The position numbers and the translations under genes are program-made. Below, piece by piece: positions 41,279 to 50,342 of a stretch of 64,000 nucleotides of DNA; position 1 is the stretch's first letter, and each line of letters starts with the position of its first letter. The DNA comes from a virus. The stretch spans positions 45,498-109,497 of the IMG/VR virus record IMGVR_UViG_3300046535_000406; one strand, given 5' to 3'. The notes below the pieces were generated by a model. The model did no database searches. It was given only the letters and a program-made list of their open reading frames with translations, and was not told the DNA's origin.

Positions 41279-41524
41279 TTAGACCTCCAACCTGCCAAGC
41301 AACTCTGGGGGCAGGCTTCTCTGCCAATAATCGACGTTGTTCAGCGGGATGACAACCTCACCGGGCAGCGACCGCCACGCCACGTTGTTGGTGTTGGGCA
41401 CCTCACCGGCGATCTGGGCCGCCGCGAGGATGAAGCCGTTCTCGCCCACCTCGCGCAGGACGCCACGGATAGTCGTGTCGGTCTTCAGGGTCACGATCAC
41501 GACCGCCAACGGTTCAGTAGGCAT
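41279..41524 (-). CDS. Small Sm/LSm-like fold protein next to terminase
   Basis: VTLKTDTTIRGVL...GEVVIPLNNVDYWQ. Confidence 0.5.
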   Translation of the reverse strand: MPTEPLAVVIVTLKTDTTIRGVLREVGENGFILAAAQIAGEVPNTNNVAWRSLPGEVVIPLNNVDYWQRSLPPELLGRLEV

Positions 41525-43169
41525 TGCCGATCCTCACTCGCTCGTACTCCTCATCGAGGTCTTCGGCCATCACCACGTTGGTTTCACCCGGCTTCAAGCC
41601 GTTCACCTCGATCATGCGGATGCCTCGCTCGGCGAGCCACCACGCCATCACGGTGTCGTCGTGCTCGCCGACGGACTGCAACTTGCCGTCAGCGTAGCCG
41701 AAGGCGTTGGCCTCGGTGCGCCACGTGCTGGCAAACTCCGCCGACTCGGCGTCGCCGGACGGGATCATCCAGAGGTTGTTGGCGAGGATCACCTTCAGCG
41801 ACGGGACGCCCTCGATCAGGGACTGCTTCTCGATCCCGGTGGTGTGCCCGAACACCCGGCTGGCCGTCTCGGCGTACTTCATCAGGTGCTGGGCCAGCCA
41901 CTTCTGGAAGGCGTTCTGCTCGATGATCAGGACCTCGGGCCAGAAGTCCTTGCACACCTGCCGGACCATGGCGACCTGCTCGTCAAACGTCAGCCCGCGC
42001 AGGCGGCAGGCCCACAGCAGGCGCCGTTTCCCGGTCACCCGGTTGTAGCTCACCATCCAGACGACGGTGTAGTCGGCTCCGGCTGTCTCCGACACAGCCA
42101 AGTCCATGCCGCCCACGACCGCCTCGTTGGGCTCTCGATCGGCAGGCAGGTAGGGCCGGACGAAGTTCAGGCCCTCTCCGCCCATCAGAGCCCGGCCTGT
42201 CAACTCCCACGGGAAGGTGGAAGTGGCGTCGTCGCGAGGGTCCATCTGGTACTCGCGGCTGAACAGGACCGGGTCTGTCTTCTGAAGGTCCAGCAGGTAC
42301 TTCAGCGAGTAGCGTTCCTCCCAGAGCGCCTGCCCGGTGTCGAGGTTGGCGGCCCGGGACTTGACCCACGTCCAGCCCGGCTTCCCGCGCAGCCGGTGGA
42401 GTGCGTCCTCGTAGTGCTGGGGCGTGCCGACCACGATCAGCTGGCCCGTGGCGCCCGCCATCGGCATCAGGGTCGAGACGATGTACGACCAGACGCGGCC
42501 TCGCTGAAGCGGCGTGCGCCCGTTCTTCTCCGTCACGATGTCGTCGGCGATGATCACCTGCGGGTGCGGGCCTCGGATGGACGAGCCGATCGACTTGGGC
42601 TGAAGCGTCGCGTGGTTGCGCAGCCGGAGCTTGGTTCTGGACCACACGTCCTTGATGACCGACTGCGGCAGGCCCTTCAGGCGGATCGGGAGGATGTCCT
42701 CGAAGAACTGCTCGTTGTCCAGCATCAGCTGCTTGACTCGCTCGAACCGCTCCTTGGCGATGTCGATGTTCGAGGTGAAATACATCACTTCGAGGTCGCC
42801 CTCGGGCCAGCTGGGGATCAGGAACCCGTCCGGGCCTCGGTTGTGCCGCCACATGCGCCACGCGATGTAGGCGTAGCAGACGAAGGTCTTGCCGTGGTCG
42901 CGGGCCGCCATGAGGCACAGCAGCCGCTCGTCCTGAAGGAGGTTGCACCACTCCCGGTTGTGCCAGCGGCTGATCAGGTAGGCGCCCTTGTCGTCCTTCA
43001 GCTTCGACAGGAAGTAGGCGAACGAGCCCCACAGAAGCGCGGACTCGGTGACCTCGTAGCCCTGACCGACCAGCCGGACGGCGGCTTCCTCGCGGGCTGC
43101 CGCCGCTTGGATCGCTGCGCCGATCCGGTTGTCAGCCGCGCTCGATGGTGACCAGTCCTGAGCGAGCAT
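41514..43169 (-). CDS. terL: Terminase large subunit
   Basis: Walker A ARDHGKT; RGPHPQVIIADD; GTP; nuclease GMDLA...ADYT...IEQNAFQ...HDDTVMA. Confidence 0.93.
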   Translation of the reverse strand: MLAQDWSPSSAADNRIGAAIQAAAAREEAAVRLVGQGYEVTESALLWGSFAYFLSKLKDDKGAYLISRWHNREWCNLLQDERLLCLMAARDHGKTFVCYAYIAWRMWRHNRGPDGFLIPSWPEGDLEVMYFTSNIDIAKERFERVKQLMLDNEQFFEDILPIRLKGLPQSVIKDVWSRTKLRLRNHATLQPKSIGSSIRGPHPQVIIADDIVTEKNGRTPLQRGRVWSYIVSTLMPMAGATGQLIVVGTPQHYEDALHRLRGKPGWTWVKSRAANLDTGQALWEERYSLKYLLDLQKTDPVLFSREYQMDPRDDATSTFPWELTGRALMGGEGLNFVRPYLPADREPNEAVVGGMDLAVSETAGADYTVVWMVSYNRVTGKRRLLWACRLRGLTFDEQVAMVRQVCKDFWPEVLIIEQNAFQKWLAQHLMKYAETASRVFGHTTGIEKQSLIEGVPSLKVILANNLWMIPSGDAESAEFASTWRTEANAFGYADGKLQSVGEHDDTVMAWWLAERGIRMIEVNGLKPGETNVVMAEDLDEEYERVRIGNAY

Positions 43170-43674
43170 CTTCGTCGGGCTCTGGGCCTGTCAACTGGGA
43201 GAGGAGGCGCTGGTTCCCCATGGCTTCGAGGTCGGCTCGGGTGATGACGACCACGTTGGTCTGCTGGCCGATGCGGGGACCACTGGCGATCGCGGGCGGC
43301 GGCGCGGGCGGCGGAGGCATGTGGCGTTGACGCCAGTGTGGGTCCTCGTTCTCTAGGAACCACATGGCGGCCTTGGGGTCGGCGAGCATGTGGAGGTTGA
43401 TGGACGACATGGCCCGGGCGTGGGCCTTGGCACGGGCCATCCGGATGTCCTCGGCCAGCTGCCGGTAGAACGGCGTCGCCGGGCGCTCGTCTCGGCCCTC
43501 GCCACGCCGGACCCACTCCTCGATCGTGTTGGCCGGGACACCAGCCAGAGCGGCGGCGACTTGGAGCTTGTTGCCTTCCTCGATCCGGGCCAGCAGGACC
43601 TCCCGCTGGTCCTCGGCGAGAAGCGGCTTCCGCCCGCCCTTGTGCCGGATGATGGTGCCCTGTTCAGCCGCCAT
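43132..43674 (-). CDS. terS: Terminase small subunit
   Basis: N-terminal HTH (AAALAGVPANTIEEW), AAMWFLE motif; directly upstream of TerL. Confidence 0.75.
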   Translation of the reverse strand: MAAEQGTIIRHKGGRKPLLAEDQREVLLARIEEGNKLQVAAALAGVPANTIEEWVRRGEGRDERPATPFYRQLAEDIRMARAKAHARAMSSINLHMLADPKAAMWFLENEDPHWRQRHMPPPPAPPPAIASGPRIGQQTNVVVITRADLEAMGNQRLLSQLTGPEPDEDARSGLVTIERG

Positions 43675-43784
43675 GAGCGAAGTGTTGCACAGCCCCGATA
43701 GGAGTAGGATCACTGGTCCTAGAAAGCGGAAGGCCCCCCTCCAATCGAAGGGGAGCCTCGCGCAAGCTGACCGAGCCTGCGCAC

Positions 43785-43817
43785 ATCTTAGCCCTTGTGG
43801 TCACAGCAAGTCAACAC
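43785..43817 (-). promoter_or_regulatory. Promoter upstream of terS
   Basis: TTGACT-18-TAAGAT. Confidence 0.6.
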
Positions 43818-43829
43818 CACAAGATGTAG

Positions 43830-44309
43830 ATGTTCCGCCTCGGTACGAAGGAGTATCAGGTGGACCACTGGCAACGCCGTATCGACCGACCGAACGCCCC
43901 GGCAGTCCCGATCAGGGTCCGGCGAATGCACCGCACGTTCTGGGCACCTCCCCGCTACGAGGCCCTGTGCCGCTACGTCGCCTCCCACCCGGAGTTCGAC
44001 CAGCGCACCGCCGCCGAAGCCACCGGCTACTCGCTCACCGGCCTCCACCGCGCTCTGGCGCGGCTCGCCGAGTGGGGCTGCCTGATCCTCTCGGCGACCC
44101 GGGGCAGGCTCGGCAGGACCCGCGTCACCGTCCAGTCCGACGTTCGCTTGGCGAATGTTTCACCCACAGGAGAGACTTCGTATCTCCCCCCTAGATACAG
44201 GTTCTTAGAGAGTGCTTCTGTGGCTGAAACATTCCCGGAGGTGACGGTCCCGGAGTCATGGACGGCGCTCCGAGGGCTAAGCTGGAATGCGACCCGCACC
44301 GCGCTCTAA
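43830..44309 (+). CDS. HTH DNA-binding protein
   Basis: DQRTAAEATGYSLTGLHRALARLAEWG winged HTH. Confidence 0.6.
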   Translation: MFRLGTKEYQVDHWQRRIDRPNAPAVPIRVRRMHRTFWAPPRYEALCRYVASHPEFDQRTAAEATGYSLTGLHRALARLAEWGCLILSATRGRLGRTRVTVQSDVRLANVSPTGETSYLPPRYRFLESASVAETFPEVTVPESWTALRGLSWNATRTAL

Positions 44310-44362
44310 CACCGCCCAGTTCGGCGGAGCACGAGAGCGGGTCGCCTGTGGAGGGTAAGCGA

Positions 44363-44974
44363 ATGGGCAAGCTGCCGGTGGTCGTTGTTGCGGGGCTGGG
44401 CCGGTGCGGGACCAGCTTGGTGTTGCAGATGCTCGACAAGGCGGGCGTCGCCACGGTCGGGACCTTCCCGGACTACGAGTCCCGGGGCACCCATGCCTCA
44501 CCCGGTCAGGCCGTGAAGTGGCTGGACGCCTTCCGCACGAACCCGCCGTTCAATCGCTCACGACGGGCGATCGTCATCTGGCTGGACCGTGACCCGGAGC
44601 AGCAGGCGCTCTCGATGGTGAAGATGCTCGGGCTCGGCCTCGCGGTTGACGTGCCCGAAAGCGCGGTGGTCCAGATCGCCACCTCGATCGGCCCGGACAC
44701 GAAGCGGTGTCTGGCGGTTCTCGGCCAGTGGCCCAAGCTCCTGCTCCGCTTCGAGGACCTGATCGACCGGCCCCAGATGGCGGCGGAGCGGATCACGGAC
44801 TACCTCTCCCGGTACGGCTTCCCGGAGCTTGATCCCTCGGAGATGGCGGGCTGCCTGATCCCACGCGAGTCGGCGTGCACGCCGGACCTGTCGATCGAGC
44901 TTGCGCTGATCGCTGAGTCAGCCCCAGCGGATGTCGGAGGGATGATCGAGCACATCACCGGGGCTCGGGTCTAA
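44363..44974 (+). CDS. Sulfotransferase-like P-loop protein
   Basis: VVAGLGRCGTSLVLQML...WLDRDP...LRFEDLI. Confidence 0.7.
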   Translation: MGKLPVVVVAGLGRCGTSLVLQMLDKAGVATVGTFPDYESRGTHASPGQAVKWLDAFRTNPPFNRSRRAIVIWLDRDPEQQALSMVKMLGLGLAVDVPESAVVQIATSIGPDTKRCLAVLGQWPKLLLRFEDLIDRPQMAAERITDYLSRYGFPELDPSEMAGCLIPRESACTPDLSIELALIAESAPADVGGMIEHITGARV

Positions 44975-45241
44975 CGGCGCGAGGGTGATCGTGCCCTTCG
45001 CCACGACGGGGCCGAACGGGTCCGGCAGAGGGTCGTCAAGGTCAGGAACGTCGGGCAGTGGCTCCTCCTCCGCCTCCGTCTCGGTGGGCTGAGAGTCCTC
45101 GATCAGGACCATTCCCCAGCCTTCGCAGGTCTGGCACGGGTCCCCAGTGGAGTCAATGCAGGCTCCGCCGCAGTCGGGGCAGAGCGGCGGGATGCCCTTG
45201 GGCTGGACTTCAGGCATGTCGATCATGGCCGGATTGTAGAC

Positions 45242-45292
45242 ACAGAGACGCCCCCGCCAGTCGCTCCAATCGACCTACGGGGGCGTCTCTGT
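45242..45292. terminator. 15-bp inverted repeat hairpin (terminator-like)
   Basis: ACAGAGACGCCCCCG...CGGGGGCGTCTCTGT, intergenic. Confidence 0.5.
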
Positions 45293-45377
45293 TCGCTCGC
45301 GTCACCCCGACCCCGAAGGGTGGGCTCCACTCCGGGATCGTACCCTGACAGGCAAGGGCTGCGAGCTATGTCAATGG

Positions 45378-45995
45378 CTAAGTAACGGGCTCGAACCCGG
45401 GAGGGGCCTCCTTGTAGCCGTCTCCCAGATCGACCAGTGCGGCGACGGCCTGACCGGCATTGGCGTACCGGATGGTCACGGACTTGACCGCCATGGTGAG
45501 GGTGCCGCCGGAGCGGTACATGAACGCGAGGTCGTCCCCCTTGCGGGGGACGAAGCTCTCATCGAGGCTGGCCTCGTAGCGGACCGGCTGGTCGCCCTTT
45601 GGCCCGAGGATGGCGTGGTGGAGATAGGTGGCAATGATCTGCATAGGGGGCCTCTAGTTGGGTCGCTCCCCCTTGGGAGCGAGTCCGGACATGGCGGCGA
45701 AGCCCTCCGCCTCCGGGTCGATGTCGAGCAGCTGGCCGGTCTTGAGCGCCTCGGTCATGTCGGCGGTGATGCCCAGCGCCGCGCCGTTCTTGGCGAGGAT
45801 GGCAGCCGCCTTGCACAGGTCGAGCAGCTGGTCGCGGTCCACGTTGTCAAGCGACGCGAACCGGGACAGGAAGCCGGTCTTGTTCAGGGCCTCCTGCATC
45901 TCGTCGCGGGCTTCGCGGGTCGAGATGAACAGGAGCTTCCCGGTGGACTGGGCGGCCTCGATGGCCGCCTCCTTGTGTTCGTTGGACATGGACAT
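45378..45995 (-). other. Two small hypothetical ORFs (45378-45644, 45654-45995)
   Basis: RBSs; co-oriented with DUF932. Confidence 0.55.
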
Positions 45996-46014
45996 GGTGG
46001 TGGTTCTCCTTCGA

Positions 46015-47007
46015 CTAGGACAGCAGCGCGAGCGCCTTGTCCTTCAGCGCGGCGGCAGGGCCGTCGAGGATGGCCTCAGCCCGAACATCGGCGGGGCTGG
46101 CGCCCTTCTTGCGGTAGGTCCGGAAGTGGTCGGCGTACTCGATCGTCGCCTGAAACAGCCGGTAGCTGGTGTTGGGGACTCCGACCAACGTCTCGCTGTT
46201 CACGAACAGGTCGGCGATCAGGTCGCGTGCGGCCTCGCGGCGGGGAGCCTGCTCGGCCTCCGGCGGGGTGGGGATCAACTTCTCCGTGAAGGCGAGCACG
46301 TCGTCCAGAGAGAGGGTCCGCTTGGTCAGCGCGATCATCTTCTGCTCGAACGCCTCGTCATACGCGGCGACCATCTTGAGTGCCCGGCGGGCCTCATCGA
46401 CGTTGACATCCATGTGCTTGGTGTGGCGGACGGTAATCTCGGGGCTGACCTCACCCATCGCCGCACTGGCGGTGTTGGAGCAGACCACCCGGGTCTGGAC
46501 GCGCTTGGCCTTCATGGCGTGGCGCCCATCGTGGCCGGTGATGCCCAGAAGGCGTCGCTGCCACGGAGAGTCGTCGCCCGGAACCTTGAACTTGTCGCTG
46601 TCACCGAGGTCCAGCTGGGCGAAGACGATGCGACCGTTGTAGAGCGAGCCCGCCGTGTCGTACTCGGCACCGGACTCGTCCCGGACCGCGTCGAGGAAGT
46701 CGGTCAGGTCGGTGAACTGGAACAGGCTGTAGGACGGGCGCACGAGCCCAAGCTGGGCGTTCGTGTCGGTGCGGATGACGGCGTTCCAGTCCGGAACGGC
46801 CACGTGGAGCGGGCCGTCGGGCGTGGGGACCACGGCCTCGACCGGGACCTTGGCGACCTCGAAGGCCACTTCGGCGCAGACCTCTACGATCTTCTTGGCG
46901 GTCATGCCGCCCGGGAAGGCGGTGCCGTCGCCGTGCCACGGCTTGCCGTTCAGGGAGTTGTAGACGAAGGCCGCTTTGCCGGTCGTCTTGTCGATCATTG
47001 CTGGCAT
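46015..47007 (-). CDS. DUF932 / TIGR03299-type phage-plasmid protein
   Basis: PWHGDG...YDTAGSLYNGRIVF...HDG...RVVCSNT...VRHT...EYADH. Confidence 0.8.
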   Translation of the reverse strand: MPAMIDKTTGKAAFVYNSLNGKPWHGDGTAFPGGMTAKKIVEVCAEVAFEVAKVPVEAVVPTPDGPLHVAVPDWNAVIRTDTNAQLGLVRPSYSLFQFTDLTDFLDAVRDESGAEYDTAGSLYNGRIVFAQLDLGDSDKFKVPGDDSPWQRRLLGITGHDGRHAMKAKRVQTRVVCSNTASAAMGEVSPEITVRHTKHMDVNVDEARRALKMVAAYDEAFEQKMIALTKRTLSLDDVLAFTEKLIPTPPEAEQAPRREAARDLIADLFVNSETLVGVPNTSYRLFQATIEYADHFRTYRKKGASPADVRAEAILDGPAAALKDKALALLS

Positions 47008-47179
47008 TGGAGCTACCTCGTGTGGGGGAGCGAAGCGATTGGAGTGATGATCCTGCCCCGGGGGTTCAGCCCATGTTCCGGGGACAGGTCATCAGCGGGA
47101 ACAATCCGGCGTAGCGTCGCGCCGGTCGCTCGTGGGTGCCGTTGGGCCTCCTTCCTGACTGGGTGTTCCATCTGACGTG

Positions 47180-47212
47180 ATTGTGCTCCTGTCGGAGCAG
47201 GAAGTCAACAGG
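47180..47212 (-). promoter_or_regulatory. Repeated phage promoter
   Basis: TTGACT-17-CACAAT. Confidence 0.7.
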
Positions 47213-47999
47213 TTACTTGGTGGGTTCGCAGGACAGGTGGTTGCCCGTCTCGCCGTTCCAGCCGGGCGTCAGGTCGTCGGCCCACTCGATCTTGGTGCAG
47301 TAGTCGCAGTGGAGCATCCCCTCCGGCTCGGGCTCGATAGGCTCGTTCCCGGGCGGGTCGCCCTTGCGCTCCATGAAGTGTCCGTTCGGCTTCCAGCGGG
47401 AGCCCGGGTTGGAGGCGTGTTGCTTGCAGACGGCCATGGGGCCGCTATCAGACTCGATGACGAGGGTCGGCTTCCGCTCGCAGCGCCACGTGTGCGGGGC
47501 TCGCCCCTGCTCCCAGACGGCAGTCTGGCAACGGGCGATCGTGCCGCTGTACGGGATGGCAGCGACGAGCCGGTCGGCCCGCCGCTGCTTGTCCTTCGCC
47601 TTCTCCCACTCCGGGTAGTCGAGCGATCGTGGCTGGTGAACGAGGCCATCCTTGGTCTGTGTGAGCGCCCGGTGGCAGGTGCCACAGGCGTAGGTCACGA
47701 CCGGGACGGCCTCGTGGCCGTAGAAGTCTTCGGGTGGGCGGTAGCTCACTTGGAGCCCGCCTTCGGGAGCGCATGGGCGTTGATGCCCTGCGTGAGAAGG
47801 CGATCGAGAGCGCCGTAGTAGGCGGCGAGAGCCGCGTCCTGCGCCGCGTCGCCGACAGGTCCGTCGCCGAAGTAGGCGTCGTACGGGTTGCCCTGCTGGA
47901 CGACCGCGATGTCCGCGTCGTTCTGGGCGGTGGTGGGATCGGTCATCTTGCTGGACCTCGCGGCGGGGGGCCTCTTGGAGCGGGCCTCCCGACACACGT

Positions 48000-48032
48000 A
48001 GTCTGCGCCTTCCTGCTCAGGAAGTCAACAGG
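48000..48032 (-). promoter_or_regulatory. Repeated phage promoter
   Basis: TTGACT-17-CAGACT. Confidence 0.7.
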
Positions 48033-48277
48033 TCACGCCGAATAATCACGTCAATCGTCGTCTCGATCGAGCCCGAGTGCGCCACGAGCCCAGTTCTGGA
48101 CGGCGGTCTTGCGCAGGTCCCTCTCTCGCAGGATCGCCCAGAGGCTGTCGCGCTCGACGCGCCCGATCGGCGGCACGGCCTGTCGCTCGACCTCGATGGG
48201 TTCGGCTGGTGCGCCACATCTGGTCAGGGCCGGGTGGGACTGCTTGCAGCTGGGGCACACCCGGGGGTTCAGGGTCG

Positions 48278-48802
48278 TCATGCCCAGCCTTCGTCGTCGG
48301 ACCAGCCCATCAACTCGCGCAGATCGAAGCGTTTGCCCAGCGCATCCCGTATGCCGATCAGCGGCCCGGAGAACTTCGGGCTCACCAGACGGCCATCGTA
48401 GACGTGCGCGTACTTGGGTACATACAGCGTCCCGAGGATGAAGCGCACGCCGTCCGGGGTGAGCCGCCACCAGCCAGCACGCCCGCCGTCGGGGCGCTTC
48501 TCATGTGCTTCGAGGGTGAGTCCCCAGTAGACCAGCTTGGCGTCGTCGCCTGCGCGACCGGGTCCCCGGCCCAGCACGGTCGGCACGTCTACGAAATCGT
48601 CAGCCGCGCCCGCCCGGTACATCTTGACCAGTGCCCACGCCATCGAGGACGTGATCGTTCGCTTGTAGACCTTCGCGAACTGGGTGCAGCAGGGGCACTT
48701 GGCGCCTTCGAGGCGACGGTCGCGGAGCCATTGACGGGCATCCCCGAGCGTCATGTGATCGGGGAGGTTCGGCCCCTCGTTTGCGTCGGTGGCAACAGTC
48801 AT
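48278..48802 (-). CDS. Zn-ribbon + winged-helix phage protein
   Basis: CPCCTQFAKVY...KLVYWGL...GWWRLTPDG. Confidence 0.55.
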   Translation of the reverse strand: MTVATDANEGPNLPDHMTLGDARQWLRDRRLEGAKCPCCTQFAKVYKRTITSSMAWALVKMYRAGAADDFVDVPTVLGRGPGRAGDDAKLVYWGLTLEAHEKRPDGGRAGWWRLTPDGVRFILGTLYVPKYAHVYDGRLVSPKFSGPLIGIRDALGKRFDLRELMGWSDDEGWA

Positions 48803-48818
48803 GCAGTCCTCCAATCGC

Positions 48819-49235
48819 TCATCCGAGCCATCCATTCGCGATGCCGAACAGGCTGCGTGAGTAGAGGGCGGCAGCCAGTGCGCCCAGATCGTCAACCTTG
48901 GACAGATACGTGCGGATCACATCCCGGTTGGCAAGCTCCCATCGCTGGACGCCGTGACCGGCGCAGGTGACGATCAGGTGGGCGGCGTCCGACGGGGCGC
49001 GCTTCCCCATCATCGCGTGGTCCCGAACGTGGTCGAGCGTCATACGCTCCACGTTGGTGGCAGCCAGCACGTTGTCGAAGGTGTCGGTGCACAGGCCCGG
49101 AGCGCCCAGCATCGACGGCACGCAGGCGCCGTCGCGACGGAACACGAACGCGGCCACGTCCGGCGTCACCTTGTCCTCGGGCTTGCGCCGCCATGCCTTC
49201 AGGGGCGTCCGGCGGATCGGGGCGCTGCGCTTCAC
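48819..49235 (-). CDS. HNH endonuclease-like protein
   Basis: VFRRDGAC...TLDHV...LIVTCAGH. Confidence 0.6.
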   Translation of the reverse strand: MKRSAPIRRTPLKAWRRKPEDKVTPDVAAFVFRRDGACVPSMLGAPGLCTDTFDNVLAATNVERMTLDHVRDHAMMGKRAPSDAAHLIVTCAGHGVQRWELANRDVIRTYLSKVDDLGALAAALYSRSLFGIANGWLG

Positions 49236-49679
49236 TTGTCGTTCTCCTCGATGAACCCGGCCCACTGGTCGAGCCTCGCGGCACCTTCTGGGTGCACTCG
49301 GTCGTGCTCCTCCCGTATCTTCCGCACGACCTCCGCCGGAAGGCGGGCTGCCATCATGGCCCCGGCGATGAACAGGCCAGCTGCGAGCTTGTTGCCCTCG
49401 AAGCCGTTGACGCCTGCGTACGCCTCGGCGGTGTAGATCAGGGCGTCAGCCGCATCCGCCTTCCGCCTGCTCATGCCGGAGCCGCCTTCCGCTTCGGATG
49501 CCTGCCTCCCCGGGCCGCGCTCCCACGGTGGCTGGGGGCATCGGCGTAGGGGGACTTGCCGGTGGTCGAGATGGCCCGCTCCACGTCACCGTAGGTGCCA
49601 TCGTCGCGCTGGAAGCGTTCGAGCACGTCCTGTTCGAGCGGCGGCACGATCCGCCAGCCGCCGCCCGGGAGCTTGACTT

Positions 49680-50342
49680 TCATTCCGGGATCAGCCCCCG
49701 ATCCTCGGCGGTGCGCTGGCACATGGCGGCAGTCTGCACCAACTCCTTCAGGGCCTTCCTGTCCGAGGTGTCACGGCCCTTGTGGCCCTGAGAGTGCCAC
49801 CGCTGGACCTGCCGCCAGAACTCGCCCAACTCCTCCTTGATGATGGCGTAGCCCTCGTGGAGGCTGTTCACGGGTCCGTGGGCCTCACGGGCCTTGGCAA
49901 GCTCCGTCTCCACCATCTGGGGGAAGCTGCCGTAGCGAGGCTGCCCGGCGATGCGGCCACGCTCGATGGCGTTGGCGAACCAAGCGTGCAGGTCGTCCAG
50001 CAGCCCTTGGTCGTACGGGATGCCGGTGGCGTGGCGCTCGCCCGGCAGGGGAATGTACCTGCCCCCGAAGCGGGCCTGAAACGCCTTGGCCCATTCCATG
50101 CCGTCGGTGGTTTCGAGGGGGTCCGGCTCGGCCTTGACGGCCTCGGCCTTCACCACGTAGCTCTGCTGCTCCCGGTTCCAGTGCTCGCCGCCCATGGACT
50201 TCCACTCGTCGTGGCTCAGATGATGGACCTTGCGGAGGTGCATCACCCACGACTGGGCGGACCCGATCGGCCCGTGCTCGGAGCACCAGTCGTGACCGTT
50301 CCCGGATATGAACGCAGGGACATCAAGCGGCAATGCTGGCAC
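49680..50342 (-). CDS. Protein with C-terminal MazG-like NTP pyrophosphohydrolase domain
   Basis: HEGYAIIKEELGE...ELVQTAAM. Confidence 0.6.
   Translation of the reverse strand: MPALPLDVPAFISGNGHDWCSEHGPIGSAQSWVMHLRKVHHLSHDEWKSMGGEHWNREQQSYVVKAEAVKAEPDPLETTDGMEWAKAFQARFGGRYIPLPGERHATGIPYDQGLLDDLHAWFANAIERGRIAGQPRYGSFPQMVETELAKAREAHGPVNSLHEGYAIIKEELGEFWRQVQRWHSQGHKGRDTSDRKALKELVQTAAMCQRTAEDRGLIPE

Noticed and set aside
47045-47096. Hammerhead ribozyme (CTGATGA followed by a stem on the minus strand)
   Set aside because: The required GAAA after stem II is missing.
41337-47175. Plus-strand ORFs 41337-43151 and 45658-47175
   Set aside because: Shadows of terL and DUF932.
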